In this document: positions 1-10,108 of the stretch, one piece after another
Layout of the letters: every line of letters begins with the position of its first letter
Position numbering within the stretch: the first letter of the stretch is position 1
NCBI RefSeq assembly: GCF_002933855.1
Contig: NZ_BFAQ01000011.1
Coordinates: 29,442-61,441, forward strand
Direction of reading: 5' to 3'
Length of the DNA: 32,000 bases
Source of the DNA: Vibrio penaeicida
Lineage (GTDB): Bacteria; Pseudomonadota; Gammaproteobacteria; Enterobacterales; Vibrionaceae
The notes under the pieces: generated by a model
What the model was told of the DNA's origin: nothing
Database searches by the model: none
The model's input: the letters and a program-made list of their open reading frames with translations, nothing else
Position numbers and translations under genes: made by a program

Positions 1-209
1 ATAGGTTGAGTCGTGCGACGACCGCTGTTGACTAACGCGACATACTGAGAAGTACGTATATCACGACTTTCTAGAGAGAAAGACTGCCCATTCACCAATT
101 TCACGCTGCTCAAGGTTGGTGTCGGTGTGAGGTTTATTTGTTCTTCTTTCTGTGGAGAAGCGCAAGCTGCTAAAAGTGTCACAGATGCAGCAAGTATCAA
201 TTTTCTCAT
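1..209 (-). CDS. Lipoprotein, YajG-like (N-terminal part; gene runs off the left edge)
   Basis: Absent from the ORF track because it is truncated. The reverse complement of 1..209 reads MRKLILAASVTLLAACASPQKEEQINLTPTPTLSSVKLVNGQSFSLESRDIRTSQYVALVNSGRRTTQP..., with ATG at 209..207 and lipobox LLAAC. The region after the Cys resembles my recollection of E. coli YajG, which also lies near bolA in E. coli. Confidence 0.5.
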   Translation of the reverse strand, partial: MRKLILAASVTLLAACASPQKEEQINLTPTPTLSSVKLVNGQSFSLESRDIRTSQYVALVNSGRRTTQP

Positions 210-247
210 GACGAATTCCTTAATTAAACATTCTCGCAGGACGTTTT

Positions 248-1384
248 CTATTTTTTAGTGGCTTGTAATATAACAAATTTACGGTTCGATGCGACGAGCT
301 TAACCTGCGATTTTCCAAATAAGCGTTCAAGTTTTATATCGTAGCCTAGGTGACGGTTACCAATAACAAATAAATCCCCTCCACTACTAAGAACATGCTT
401 TGCATCACAGAACATCTGCCATGCAATGTGGTCTGTAACGGCTTGTTGTTGATGGAACGGGGGGTTACATAACACTAAGTAAGTACTCTCTTTTTCAAAT
501 CCATCAAGGCAATTATTGGCTATGCACTGGATATTGCGATCTTCACCCAGAGTTTCTGTGAGATTGCGCTTAGCTGATTCCACAGCCATGTAGCTTTCGT
601 CAACACAGGTAATATTTGCTTTGGGGTTTAATTGTCCGGCTTTAACAGAAAGAACGCCATTGCCACAACCGAGATCAAGAATGTGCTCTAGCCGGGGGTT
701 TTGAGGAATATGTTCAAGCATAAAACGTGCACCTAAATCGAGAGCCTCACCGGAATACACATTGGCGAGATTGGTCAGCGAGAAGCTTTCCCCATCCACT
801 TTCCATTTTGTTTCAGGTTCTGTCTTATGGCTGAGGGTAGAGTCCGGTATCGAGAATACAAGACGGTGCTTTTTCCACGCAAGAGAGGTCGTTGTGGTGC
901 CTAAGTGTTTTTCAAACAGCTTTAGTGTGGATGTGTGTATTTCTTTAACTTTGTTCACCGCCACTATTTGGCAGTGCGAAGGTAACACCGATCGCAATTG
1001 GTTGAGCTGATATGTTAAAAATCGATTAATTTTGGGGATCTGCATGAGCACTAAGTCGATATCGGTAGGAATGCTTTCTAAGCTGGTTAGAAAGTCGACT
1101 TTATTGCATTGATTCCGTTGCAGATTTTTTAGTGTTCCTCTATGTGATACGAATGAGTCCGTCATCATGGTGACGTGATGTTTTTCTGAAAACCAGCAAG
1201 ATAAAGCCCCAAAGTTATCATTCAGAATGAGGATTTTTTTTCCGTCTGAAACTTTAAGCTCTTTCTCAACGTAATTAATAAGGTATTCGTCACCAGCACT
1301 CCATGCCTGAAGTGTTTCTTGTGCTCGTTTGGGAAAGCGTTGCAGCGTTAAAGTTCGACCGTCGATGTGTAGCTCGGTATTCAT
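248..1384 (-). CDS. rlmG: 23S rRNA (guanine-N2)-methyltransferase RlmG
   Basis: 378 aa, the same length as E. coli RlmG (YgjO). It aligns by eye along the whole length: LTLQRFP, LQAWSAGDEYL, ILILNDNFGALSC, IHTSTLKLFEKHLGTTTTSLAWKKHRL. It has the SAM-binding motif LDLGCGNGV and the catalytic motif LCNPPFHQQ. Confidence 0.88.
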   Translation of the reverse strand: MNTELHIDGRTLTLQRFPKRAQETLQAWSAGDEYLINYVEKELKVSDGKKILILNDNFGALSCWFSEKHHVTMMTDSFVSHRGTLKNLQRNQCNKVDFLTSLESIPTDIDLVLMQIPKINRFLTYQLNQLRSVLPSHCQIVAVNKVKEIHTSTLKLFEKHLGTTTTSLAWKKHRLVFSIPDSTLSHKTEPETKWKVDGESFSLTNLANVYSGEALDLGARFMLEHIPQNPRLEHILDLGCGNGVLSVKAGQLNPKANITCVDESYMAVESAKRNLTETLGEDRNIQCIANNCLDGFEKESTYLVLCNPPFHQQQAVTDHIAWQMFCDAKHVLSSGGDLFVIGNRHLGYDIKLERLFGKSQVKLVASNRKFVILQATKK

Positions 1385-1589
1385 TGTGCTTGGTTTCTAA
1401 TGGGCTATGAGCGCATTGTCGCAGAAAGCGGCAAATTCTAGAAATGAAAATAAAAACAAACGGCTTGAATACATCGGGAAGGGGCTCATTTTGGGCTTTT
1501 TATTCTTGAAAAGCCATTTTGATCGGTTATCTGGTCTTAGAATGTTGGGATACTGATAACAAGGACATAGCAGGCGATCGTCAGTAAGG

Positions 1590-1595
1590 TATAAT
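1590..1595 (+). promoter_or_regulatory. Candidate -10 hexamer (TATAAT) for bolA
   Basis: A perfect TATAAT lies 27 nt upstream of the bolA ATG. The -35 at 17-bp spacing is poor (ATAGCA). This is sequence inspection only. Confidence 0.3.
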
Positions 1596-1622
1596 CAAAT
1601 AAAAATTGAGCAAGGAATAAAC

Positions 1623-1937
1623 ATGATTCATGAAATCATTGAAGAAAAACTGCGCAGTGCTTTTGAGCCAAAGCACTTAGAAGTACTTAATGAAAGCTAC
1701 ATGCATAATGTCCCTAAAGGATCTGAAAGCCACTTTAAAGTGATCATCGTCAGCCAAGCGTTTGAAAACTTGAGACTGGTTGCTCGTCACCGCAAAGTTA
1801 ATGGCGTATTGATAGAAGAATTAGAAAATCACATACACGCTCTCTCTATTCATACCTATACTGAATCAGAATGGCTGCAACAAACGGATGGTGCTCCAGA
1901 GAGTCCAATGTGTTTGGGTGGAAGCAAACTGGGTTGA
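1623..1937 (+). CDS. bolA: BolA-family transcriptional regulator / Fe-S-linked stress-morphology protein
   Basis: 104 aa. The BolA signature is present throughout: I..KL...[22 protein letters not shown]......V.RHR.V. An AAGGA Shine-Dalgarno lies upstream of the ATG. Confidence 0.9.
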   Translation: MIHEIIEEKLRSAFEPKHLEVLNESYMHNVPKGSESHFKVIIVSQAFENLRLVARHRKVNGVLIEELENHIHALSIHTYTESEWLQQTDGAPESPMCLGGSKLG

Positions 1938-1941
1938 TATT

Positions 1942-1966
1942 AAGGCGGCGTGGCTGCCTTTTTTGT
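1942..1966 (+). terminator. Rho-independent terminator after bolA
   Basis: AGGCGGC-GTG-GCTGCCT forms a 7-bp stem with one G.U pair, followed by TTTTTTG, beginning 5 nt after the stop codon. Confidence 0.6.
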
Positions 1967-2347
1967 GTGATTACTCGTTGAGTGAAAGAATATTAAAGAA
2001 GTGAATTGTTAAAAAAACATATAAATAAAAATGAATGGCTTAAGTCGAAATATTTTTATGAAATATTAACATTTGTGCGACAGTTCAAACTTATTCACTT
2101 TGATTAGCTAATCTATAACCAACATACAAAAAATTACAGATTTATCCAATGCATGGTCATGGCATCACCTTCACAAAAGATGCTAGACTATCGCACCTGA
2201 TAAAACTCGCTATTTTTTGTGACGAGTTAATTAAGAGGATGTTGCGATTTTGACCAGGGTGTCAGGTCAAAACCGGACACAAAATGTCGTGTCTAACTTT
2301 TACGCAATTAAAAGAATCTTTTTCCCGATAAAGTAGTGCAAGTGCGT

Positions 2348-3688
2348 ATGATTACAATAAATAAGGGCTTGGATATTCCAATTTCTGGAGTTCCATCCCA
2401 GGTGATAAGTGATGGCAAGTCCATCAATAAAGTCGCCTTGCTTGGCGAAGAGTACGTTGGAATGCGTCCTACGATGCATGTTCGCGTAGGCGATGAAGTG
2501 AAGAAAGGTCAGGCTCTTTTTGAAGACAAGAAGAACCCTGGCGTATTATTTACTTCTCCAGCAAGTGGTAAAGTCATTGAAGTTAACCGAGGCGCAAAGC
2601 GCGTTCTTCAATCTGTAGTGATTGAAGTTTCTGGTGATGAGAAAGTGACTTTCGACAGTTACACAGCCGATAAATTAGTGAGCCTTGAACGTGAAGCGAT
2701 CAAAACTCAACTGGTTAATTCTGGTGCGTGGACTGCACTCCGTACTCGTCCGTTCAGCAAGGTTCCCGCGATCGAGTCTTCAACTCAAGCTATCTTTGTA
2801 ACCGCTATGGATACCAACCCATTGTCGGCAGATGCTGGAGTGATCATTAACGAGCAGTCTGATGCTTTCACAGCCGGTTTGGACGTTCTTTCTCGTCTAA
2901 CGGATGGCAAAGTATTGGTATGTAAGAACGGTGAAAGCCTTCCTCGCTCATCTCAATCGAATGTTGAAGAACATGTATTTGATGGACCACACCCTGCTGG
3001 GCTTGTTGGTACACACATGCATTTCCTTTACCCAGTTAACGAAGAATACGTTGCTTGGAGCATCAACTACCAAGATGTGATTGCAATAGGTCATCTCTTC
3101 CTTACTGGTGAAGTCTATTCAGACCGTGTTGTTTCTCTGGCAGGTCCAGTGGTAAACAATCCTCGTCTAGTACGTACAACAATGGGTGCAAACCTAGATC
3201 AGCTTACCGATGGTGAGATGATGCCTGGTGATGTACGTATTATTTCTGGTTCTGTACTAGCTGGTACTCAAGCGAAAGGTCCTCATGCTTTCCTTGGTCG
3301 TTACCACCTTCAAGTGTCTGCACTTCGTGAAGGCTATGAAAAAGAGTTATTTGGCTGGGCGATGCCTGGTAAGAACAAATACTCTATAACTCGTGCATAT
3401 TTTGGTCACCTGTTCTCAGGGCGTCTGTTTAACATGACAACAACGACCAACGGTAGTGATCGTTCTATGGTGCCAATCGGTAACTATGAGAAGGTATTAC
3501 CACTGGATATGGAACCAACTCTGCTGCTTCGTGACCTATGTGCCGGCGATACTGATAGTGCTCAGTCACTCGGTGCGCTTGAGCTGGACGAAGAAGATTT
3601 AGCGCTGTGTACTTTTGTGTGCCCAGGTAAATATGATTACGGCGAGTTGCTTCGTGAATGTCTAGACAAGATCGAGAAGGAAGGTTAA
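2348..3688 (+). CDS. nqrA: Na+-translocating NADH:quinone oxidoreductase subunit A
   Basis: From the ATG at 2348 the protein begins [14 protein letters not shown], the typical NqrA N-terminus, giving 446 aa. The track ORF starts 4 codons earlier at GTG 2336, which I consider less likely. It is the first gene of the nqrA-F cluster. Confidence 0.95.
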   Translation: MITINKGLDIPISGVPSQVISDGKSINKVALLGEEYVGMRPTMHVRVGDEVKKGQALFEDKKNPGVLFTSPASGKVIEVNRGAKRVLQSVVIEVSGDEKVTFDSYTADKLVSLEREAIKTQLVNSGAWTALRTRPFSKVPAIESSTQAIFVTAMDTNPLSADAGVIINEQSDAFTAGLDVLSRLTDGKVLVCKNGESLPRSSQSNVEEHVFDGPHPAGLVGTHMHFLYPVNEEYVAWSINYQDVIAIGHLFLTGEVYSDRVVSLAGPVVNNPRLVRTTMGANLDQLTDGEMMPGDVRIISGSVLAGTQAKGPHAFLGRYHLQVSALREGYEKELFGWAMPGKNKYSITRAYFGHLFSGRLFNMTTTTNGSDRSMVPIGNYEKVLPLDMEPTLLLRDLCAGDTDSAQSLGALELDEEDLALCTFVCPGKYDYGELLRECLDKIEKEG

Positions 3689-3691
3689 GTC

Positions 3692-4936
3692 ATGGCCCTA
3701 AAGAAGTTTCTTGAAGATATAGAGCACCATTTTGAACCTGGTGGCAAACATGAAAAATGGTTTGCACTGTACGAAGCTGTAGCAACAGTATTCTATACAC
3801 CTGGTTTGGTGACAAAACGTGGTTCACACGTTCGTGATAGCGTTGACTTAAAACGCATCATGATCATGGTTTGGTTTGCGACGTTCCCAGCAATTTTCTG
3901 GGGTATGTACAACGCAGGTAACCAAGCAATTATGGGTCTTAACCATCTTTACCAAGGTGCAGAACTAGCAAGTGTTGTTGCTGGTAACTGGCACTATTGG
4001 TTAACAGAGATGATTGCCGGTCCAGTTTCCGTTGAAGCCGGGTGGGGAACCAAGATGATTCTTGGTGCAACCTACTTCTTGCCGATTTACTTAACAGTAT
4101 TTGCGGTAGGTGGCTTCTGGGAAGTTCTATTCTGTATGGTTCGTAAGCACGAAGTAAACGAAGGCTTCTTTGTTACTTCAATCTTGTTTGCGTTAATCGT
4201 TCCGCCAACACTTCCTCTTTGGCAAGCAGCGCTAGGTATTACCTTCGGTGTTGTAGTCGCGAAAGAAATCTTTGGTGGTACAGGTCGTAACTTCCTTAAC
4301 CCAGCACTTGCTGGTCGCGCATTCCTATTCTTTGCATACCCAGCTCAAATCTCTGGTGATGTAGTTTGGACTGCAGCGGATGGTTTCTCTGGTGCAACTG
4401 CTCTTAGCCAATGGGCTCAAGGCGGTAACGGTGCGCTAGTGAACACTATCACAGGTGATGCGATCACTTGGATGGATGCTTTCCTAGGTAATATCCCAGG
4501 TTCTATCGGTGAAGTGTCGACTCTGGCGCTTATGATCGGTGCTGCGTTTATTGTTTATATCGGTGTTGCCTCGTGGCGAATCATCATTGGTGTGCTTTTA
4601 GGTATGGTGGCGACGTCATTCCTGTTCAACGTCATTGGTTCGGACACTAACCCATTGTTCAGCATGCCGTGGCACTGGCACCTAGTTTTGGGTGGTTTTG
4701 CATTTGGTATGTTCTTCATGGCAACCGACCCAGTATCTGCTTCCTTTACCAACAAAGGTAAATGGGCGTACGGTGCACTGATTGGCGCAATGTGTGTGAT
4801 GATTCGTGTGGTTAACCCAGCTTACCCAGAAGGTATGATGCTGGCGATTCTATTTGCGAACCTATTCGCACCTCTGTTCGACCACGTCGTGATCGAGAAG
4901 AACATCAAGCGGAGAAAAGCACGTTATGGCAAGTAG
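3692..4936 (+). CDS. nqrB: Na+-NQR subunit B (polytopic, FMN-bound)
   Basis: 414 aa and multi-TM. It carries the flavinylation motif FSGATALS (covalent FMN on Thr) and sits in operon position 2. Confidence 0.95.
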   Translation: MALKKFLEDIEHHFEPGGKHEKWFALYEAVATVFYTPGLVTKRGSHVRDSVDLKRIMIMVWFATFPAIFWGMYNAGNQAIMGLNHLYQGAELASVVAGNWHYWLTEMIAGPVSVEAGWGTKMILGATYFLPIYLTVFAVGGFWEVLFCMVRKHEVNEGFFVTSILFALIVPPTLPLWQAALGITFGVVVAKEIFGGTGRNFLNPALAGRAFLFFAYPAQISGDVVWTAADGFSGATALSQWAQGGNGALVNTITGDAITWMDAFLGNIPGSIGEVSTLALMIGAAFIVYIGVASWRIIIGVLLGMVATSFLFNVIGSDTNPLFSMPWHWHLVLGGFAFGMFFMATDPVSASFTNKGKWAYGALIGAMCVMIRVVNPAYPEGMMLAILFANLFAPLFDHVVIEKNIKRRKARYGK

Positions 4937-5714
4937 TAACGATAGCATTAAAAAGACGCTGGGTGTTGTTGTCGGATTGAGCTTGGTTTGTTCAATCGTC
5001 GTATCAACAGCAGCCGTAGGTCTACGTGGTCAACAGAAGGCAAATGCTGTTCTGGATAAGCAAAGCAAGATTGTTGAAGTTGCGGGCTACCAAGCAAGCA
5101 GCCCTGCAGAAGTTCGTGAACTGTTTGGTGAAAAAATCGAACCTCGCTTGGTTGATTTCAACACAGGTGAATACGTTCAGGAAACTGAAGACGGTTTAAC
5201 TGCTTCAAATTACGATCAGCGTAAAGCCTCTAAAGATCTTTCTCAGTCGATTAAACTGACGTCTGAAGACGACAAAGCAAAGATCCTTCGTCGTGCAAAC
5301 TTAGGAACGGTTTACCTAGTTAAAGATGGCAGTGACTTTTCTAAAGTTATTATCCCTGTTCATGGAACTGGTCTATGGTCAATGATGTACGCATTTGTTG
5401 CTGTTGAAACAGACGGTAACACAGTGTCGGGTATTACTTACTACGAGCAAGGTGAAACTCCTGGTCTTGGTGGTGAGGTTGAAAACCCAACTTGGCGTGC
5501 ACAGTGGGTAGGTAAGAAACTATTCGACGAAAACCACCAGCCAGCAATCAAGGTTGTTAAAGGTGGCGCACCAGCCGGTTCTGAGCACGGTGTTGATGGT
5601 CTATCTGGCGCAACACTAACTGGTAACGGTGTTCAGGGTACATTCGACTTCTGGCTGGGTGAGAAGGGCTTTGGTCCATTCCTAGCTAAAGTTCGTGACG
5701 GAGGTCTGAACTAA
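4926..5714 (+). CDS. nqrC: Na+-NQR subunit C (FMN-bound)
   Basis: 262 aa, with the N-terminus [27 protein letters not shown] typical of Vibrio NqrC. It carries the flavinylation motif LSGATLTG. The start overlaps the nqrB end by 11 nt. Confidence 0.95.
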   Translation: MASSNDSIKKTLGVVVGLSLVCSIVVSTAAVGLRGQQKANAVLDKQSKIVEVAGYQASSPAEVRELFGEKIEPRLVDFNTGEYVQETEDGLTASNYDQRKASKDLSQSIKLTSEDDKAKILRRANLGTVYLVKDGSDFSKVIIPVHGTGLWSMMYAFVAVETDGNTVSGITYYEQGETPGLGGEVENPTWRAQWVGKKLFDENHQPAIKVVKGGAPAGSEHGVDGLSGATLTGNGVQGTFDFWLGEKGFGPFLAKVRDGGLN

Positions 5715-6346
5715 TGTCTAGTGCAAAAGATATTAAAAAGAGTGTCTTAGCGCCAGTATTGGATAACAACCCAATCGCGCTTCAGGTACTTGGTGTGTGT
5801 TCTGCACTAGCAGTAACCACCAAACTAGAAACAGCGTTTGTAATGACTCTTGCGGTTATTTTCGTAACAGCACTGTCAAACTTCTTTGTTTCTTTGATCC
5901 GTAACCACATTCCAAACAGTGTTCGTATTATCGTACAGATGGCGATCATTGCTTCTTTGGTAATCGTGGTAGACCAAATCCTAAAAGCTTACTTATACGA
6001 TATCTCTAAGCAGCTATCTGTATTCGTTGGTCTGATCATTACAAACTGTATCGTAATGGGTCGTGCAGAAGCATTTGCTATGAAATCTGCACCTCTACCG
6101 TCTTTAATTGATGGTATTGGTAACGGTCTTGGTTACGGTTTTGTACTGATTACAGTTGGCTTCTTCCGCGAACTATTCGGTAGCGGCAAACTATTTGGTA
6201 TGGAAGTACTTCCGCTGGTAAGTAATGGCGGTTGGTATCAACCAAACGGTCTAATGCTTCTGGCACCATCTGCATTCTTCTTGATCGGTTTCCTAATCTG
6301 GGCGATCCGTGTGTTCAAGCCAGAACAAGTAGAAGCGAAGGAGTAA
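5714..6346 (+). CDS. nqrD: Na+-NQR subunit D
   Basis: 210 aa and polytopic (NqrD/RnfE family), containing [23 protein letters not shown]. It overlaps the nqrC stop by 1 nt (TAATG). Confidence 0.95.
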   Translation: MSSAKDIKKSVLAPVLDNNPIALQVLGVCSALAVTTKLETAFVMTLAVIFVTALSNFFVSLIRNHIPNSVRIIVQMAIIASLVIVVDQILKAYLYDISKQLSVFVGLIITNCIVMGRAEAFAMKSAPLPSLIDGIGNGLGYGFVLITVGFFRELFGSGKLFGMEVLPLVSNGGWYQPNGLMLLAPSAFFLIGFLIWAIRVFKPEQVEAKE

Positions 6347-6353
6347 GGTCGTC

Positions 6354-6950
6354 ATGGAACATTATATTAGTCTGCTAGTTAAATCGATTTTCATCGAAAA
6401 CATGGCACTGTCTTTCTTCTTGGGTATGTGTACATTCCTTGCGGTATCCAAGAAAGTTAAGACTTCTTTTGGCTTAGGTGTCGCTGTTGTCGTAGTACTT
6501 ACTATTGCAGTACCGGTAAACAACTTAGTTTACAACCTTGTGCTTAAAGAGAACGCTCTGGTTGAAGGTGTTGACCTGAGCTTCCTGAACTTCATTACCT
6601 TCATTGGTGTAATTGCAGCATTGGTACAGATTCTAGAGATGGTTTTAGACCGTTTCTTCCCGCCTCTGTACAACGCACTGGGTATTTTCCTTCCGCTGAT
6701 CACAGTTAACTGTGCAATCTTCGGTGGTGTATCTTTCATGGTGCAGCGTGATTACAACTTTGCTGAGTCCGTAGTTTACGGTTTCGGTTCTGGTGTAGGT
6801 TGGATGCTTGCTATCGTTGCGTTAGCAGGTATTCGTGAGAAGATGAAGTACTCAGACGTTCCTCCAGGTTTACGTGGTCTTGGTATCACATTTATCTCTG
6901 TAGGTCTGATGGCACTGGGCTTCATGTCATTCTCTGGTGTTCAACTGTAA
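6354..6950 (+). CDS. nqrE: Na+-NQR subunit E
   Basis: 198 aa and polytopic (NqrE/RnfA family), beginning [34 protein letters not shown]. Confidence 0.95.
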   Translation: MEHYISLLVKSIFIENMALSFFLGMCTFLAVSKKVKTSFGLGVAVVVVLTIAVPVNNLVYNLVLKENALVEGVDLSFLNFITFIGVIAALVQILEMVLDRFFPPLYNALGIFLPLITVNCAIFGGVSFMVQRDYNFAESVVYGFGSGVGWMLAIVALAGIREKMKYSDVPPGLRGLGITFISVGLMALGFMSFSGVQL

Positions 6951-6967
6951 GGCATAAGGAATAGTCA

Positions 6968-8191
6968 ATGGACATTATTCTTGGTGTAGTGATGTTTACA
7001 CTGATTGTTCTAGCCCTAGTTTTGGTTATTTTATTTGCCAAATCTAAGCTAGTACCAACAGGTGACATTACCATTTCCGTAAACGGCGATCCTGAAAAAG
7101 CGATCGTTTCTCAACCAGGTAGCAAGCTGCTAAGTTCTCTTGCTGGCGCTGGTGTATTCGTTTCATCTGCTTGTGGTGGCGGTGGCTCTTGTGGTCAGTG
7201 TCGTGTGAAAGTGAAATCTGGTGGTGGCGACATTCTACCAACAGAACTGGATCACATTACTAAAGGTGAAGCCCGTGAAGGTGAGCGTCTGGCTTGTCAG
7301 GTGGCAGTGAAAACTGACATGGACATCGAGCTTCCAGAAGAAATCTTCGGCGTTAAAAAGTGGGAATGTACGGTTATCTCTAACGATAACAAAGCGACAT
7401 TCATCAAAGAACTTAAGATTCAGATTCCTGATGGCGAGTCAGTACCTTTCCGTGCGGGTGGTTACATTCAAATCGAAGCGCCAGTTCACCACGTGAAATA
7501 CGCTGATTACGATATTCCTGACGAATACCGTGAAGACTGGGACAAGTTCAACCTGTTCCGCTATGAGTCTAAAGTTAACGAAGAAACCATTCGTGCTTAC
7601 TCAATGGCTAACTACCCTGAAGAAGAAGGTATTATTATGCTGAACGTGCGTATCGCTACGCCGCCGCCTAATAATCCTGATGTACCACCTGGTATCATGT
7701 CTTCGTACATCTGGTCTCTTAAAGAAGGTGACAAGTGTACGATCTCTGGTCCATTTGGTGAATTCTTCGCGAAAGATACAGATGCTGAAATGGTATTCGT
7801 TGGTGGTGGTGCCGGTATGGCGCCAATGCGTTCGCATATCTTCGATCAGCTTAAGCGTCTGAACTCTAGCCGTAAGATGTCATTCTGGTACGGTGCACGT
7901 TCTAAGCGTGAGATGTTCTACGTAGAAGACTTTGACGGTCTGCAATCTGAAAACGATAACTTCGTTTGGCACTGTGCTCTATCAGATCCAATGCCAGAAG
8001 ATAACTGGGAAGGTTACACAGGCTTCATCCACAACGTATTGTACGAAAACTACCTGAAGGACCATGATGCTCCTGAAGATTGTGAGTACTACATGTGTGG
8101 TCCACCGATGATGAATGCGGCTGTTATCGGCATGCTGAAAGATCTTGGTGTAGAAGACGAAAACATCCTATTGGATGACTTCGGTGGCTAA
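6968..8191 (+). CDS. nqrF: Na+-NQR subunit F (2Fe-2S ferredoxin / FAD / NADH domain)
   Basis: 407 aa with an N-terminal TM. It has the 2Fe-2S motif [12 protein letters not shown]...C, the FAD motif RAYSMAN and the NADH-binding motif [11 protein letters not shown]. Confidence 0.95.
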   Translation: MDIILGVVMFTLIVLALVLVILFAKSKLVPTGDITISVNGDPEKAIVSQPGSKLLSSLAGAGVFVSSACGGGGSCGQCRVKVKSGGGDILPTELDHITKGEAREGERLACQVAVKTDMDIELPEEIFGVKKWECTVISNDNKATFIKELKIQIPDGESVPFRAGGYIQIEAPVHHVKYADYDIPDEYREDWDKFNLFRYESKVNEETIRAYSMANYPEEEGIIMLNVRIATPPPNNPDVPPGIMSSYIWSLKEGDKCTISGPFGEFFAKDTDAEMVFVGGGAGMAPMRSHIFDQLKRLNSSRKMSFWYGARSKREMFYVEDFDGLQSENDNFVWHCALSDPMPEDNWEGYTGFIHNVLYENYLKDHDAPEDCEYYMCGPPMMNAAVIGMLKDLGVEDENILLDDFGG

Positions 8192-8346
8192 ACCCATCTA
8201 AGTAATTGATTTGTGGCTGACTCGTATGAGTCAGCCATTTATTTTTGTAAATCAAGTTGCTATAGAACAGTATCCAGAACAACAAACGCTAAAGTATTGG
8301 GTATTTTTCTCTATCAACTTAAATAATTATAAGCAGGAGTGAGCAA

Positions 8347-9351
8347 GTGAAATACTGGCTTGTTGTCTTAACTTCCTTATTGTTTCTAGCTGGTTGCAGT
8401 CAGCCGAAAGAACAAATCCACTTATCCGGTCCTACTATGGGAACGACTTACAATATTAAATATATTGAGGTCGATGGTGCGCCAGCATCTGCCGATATTC
8501 AGAAAGAAGTCGATAAGTTACTGGAATTAGTGAATGACCAGATGTCGACGTATCGCAAGGATTCAGAGCTTAGTCGTTTTAACCAATACAAAGGTAACGA
8601 AGCATTTAAGGTGTCCGCTGAAACCGCAATCGTAGTGAAAGAAGCGATTCGCCTGAATGAGCTTACTCGTGGTGCATTGGATGTGACTGTTGGTCCTCTC
8701 GTTAATTTATGGGGCTTTGGACCAGAAGCTCGACCGGAAGTGGTGCCAAGTGATGAAGAACTAAGTGCTCGAAAAGCCATGACGGGAATATCATATTTAA
8801 GCGCGACTTCTACTACTCTGACAAAGACGCTGCCAGAGCTGTATGTTGACCTTTCTACCATTGCAAAAGGTTGGGGGGTAGATGTCGTTGCCAATTATGT
8901 TGAGTCGCTAGGCATTCACAATTACATGGTTGAAATTGGTGGTGAGATTCGCGTAAAAGGTGTTAATCAAAGCGAAGAAGCGTGGAGAATCGCCATTGAG
9001 AAACCTTCAACCACAGAGCGTGCGATTCAAGAAATTATTGAACCTGGTGACATGGCGATTGCTACTTCAGGGGATTACCGAAATTATTTTGAAAAGGATG
9101 GTATTCGATACTCGCATATTATCAATCCACAATCAGGAAAGCCGATCGATCATAAAGTGGTATCGGTTACGGTTCTTCACCCTTCTAGTATGACGGCCGA
9201 TGGCTTATCTACTGGTATTATGGTGTTAGGTGAAGACGCTGGTCTGGAAATCGCGAACGAAAATGACCTTGCCGTTATGATCATTGTAAAAACAGAGCAA
9301 GGGTTCGAAGAAATCTATTCAGACGCATTTAAGAAGTATTTAAATAAATAA
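8347..9351 (+). CDS. apbE: FAD:protein FMN transferase (flavinylates NqrB/NqrC), lipoprotein
   Basis: 334 aa. GTG start with AGGAG 7 nt upstream and lipobox LFLAGC. The ApbE family pattern is present (GPTMGTTY..., DVTVGPLVNLWGFGP, SGDY) and the gene sits directly after nqrF. Confidence 0.9.
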   Translation: MKYWLVVLTSLLFLAGCSQPKEQIHLSGPTMGTTYNIKYIEVDGAPASADIQKEVDKLLELVNDQMSTYRKDSELSRFNQYKGNEAFKVSAETAIVVKEAIRLNELTRGALDVTVGPLVNLWGFGPEARPEVVPSDEELSARKAMTGISYLSATSTTLTKTLPELYVDLSTIAKGWGVDVVANYVESLGIHNYMVEIGGEIRVKGVNQSEEAWRIAIEKPSTTERAIQEIIEPGDMAIATSGDYRNYFEKDGIRYSHIINPQSGKPIDHKVVSVTVLHPSSMTADGLSTGIMVLGEDAGLEIANENDLAVMIIVKTEQGFEEIYSDAFKKYLNK

Positions 9352-9366
9352 TAGGAGTCGTGAGCA

Positions 9367-9600
9367 ATGGCTACGTTTATCGTTACATTTGGATTTTTCT
9401 TGGCAATTGTCACCGCCATGTCTGTCGGTTACATCTTCCAAAAGAAAGTTGTGAGAGGAAGTTGTGGCGGATTGGATGCCGTTGGCATTGATAAAGTGTG
9501 TAACTGTCCAGAACCATGTGATGCGCGTAAAAAGCGTGAAGCACGTGAGGCAATCCGTGCTGAAAAAATCGCTGCTTGGGAAAAAGATAAAATTCTCTAA
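9367..9600 (+). CDS. nqrM: Na+-NQR maturation protein NqrM (DUF539)
   Basis: 77 aa with one TM, then a Cys cluster (GSCGG...CNCPEPC) and a basic tail. It occupies the conserved position after apbE and has an AGGAG Shine-Dalgarno. Confidence 0.85.
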   Translation: MATFIVTFGFFLAIVTAMSVGYIFQKKVVRGSCGGLDAVGIDKVCNCPEPCDARKKREAREAIRAEKIAAWEKDKIL

Positions 9601-9641
9601 GCTTTTAGCTTAAGAAGCAGATAAAATCGAAGATGTTAAAA

Positions 9642-9672
9642 GTTCAGCCGTTGCTGAGCTTTTTTATTTTTT
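9642..9672. terminator. Rho-independent terminator closing the nqr operon (possibly bidirectional)
   Basis: GTTCAGC-CGTT-GCTGAGC forms a 7-bp stem with one G.U pair, followed by TTTTTTATTTTTT. On the other strand the stem is followed by TTTTAA, and it sits between convergent genes. Confidence 0.75.
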
Positions 9673-9724
9673 GGGGATACTGGGGGTATTTCGTAGTTAG
9701 CCAAAGAGGCTAGACAGACAGCAT

Positions 9725-10099
9725 TTAAATCGATGGGCTGGTTAGCGTAACGGAGTAGCGCCATGGTTTCCCGTTTTCAGTATTGATTTCCATGCTGGCA
9801 TTTTTACCATCGTTTGTACTCAGTGTCAGCGACGGCAGTTCTAATGAAGTTGGTCCACCTCTCTCATTACAAGTAACGTTGCCGGTGAGCTCTACATTAC
9901 CTAATGAATCTGGCGTTATCTTCGCGAGGAATTTGCATTCCCCCGATACCGCTGCTCCCCATTCATTCGCTTCTAGGAAAGCTTCAAAATATTGGCGCTG
10001 ACCTTGTCGTTCTAGCGTAATACATGCCTTGTAGTCAAAATTAGCAGCTGCTGGAAAGCTGGTAGTGACCAACAATAAACACGTCATCCGAATGTTCAT
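9725..10099 (-). CDS. Small secreted Cys-containing protein of unknown function
   Basis: 124 aa with a signal peptide (MNIRMTCLLLVTTSFPAAA/NF) and four Cys in the mature part. The composition is beta-rich. An AGGTGA Shine-Dalgarno lies 5 nt upstream of the ATG, and the start is only 9 nt after the AsmA-like stop. I recognise no family. Confidence 0.6.
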   Translation of the reverse strand: MNIRMTCLLLVTTSFPAAANFDYKACITLERQGQRQYFEAFLEANEWGAAVSGECKFLAKITPDSLGNVELTGNVTCNERGGPTSLELPSLTLSTNDGKNASMEINTENGKPWRYSVTLTSPSI

Positions 10100-10108
10100 T
10101 CTTCACCT

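Noticed and set aside
1494-1520. Hairpin GGCTTTT-N8-AAAAGCC followed by ATTTT in the rlmG/bolA divergent region, as a possible small RNA terminator.
   Set aside because: The stem is AT-rich and weak, and there is no supporting promoter or conservation information. It is equally likely to be a chance feature of an AT-rich intergenic region.
762-9193. Track ORFs antisense to, or out of frame within, rlmG and the nqr/apbE genes (762..1010, 4555..4755, 6530..6739, 7601..7837, 7680..7862, 8499..8894, 8960..9193).
   Set aside because: Each lies entirely inside a well-supported, motif-rich gene on the other strand or in another frame. They lack RBS context and have low-complexity or odd composition, as expected for shadow ORFs.
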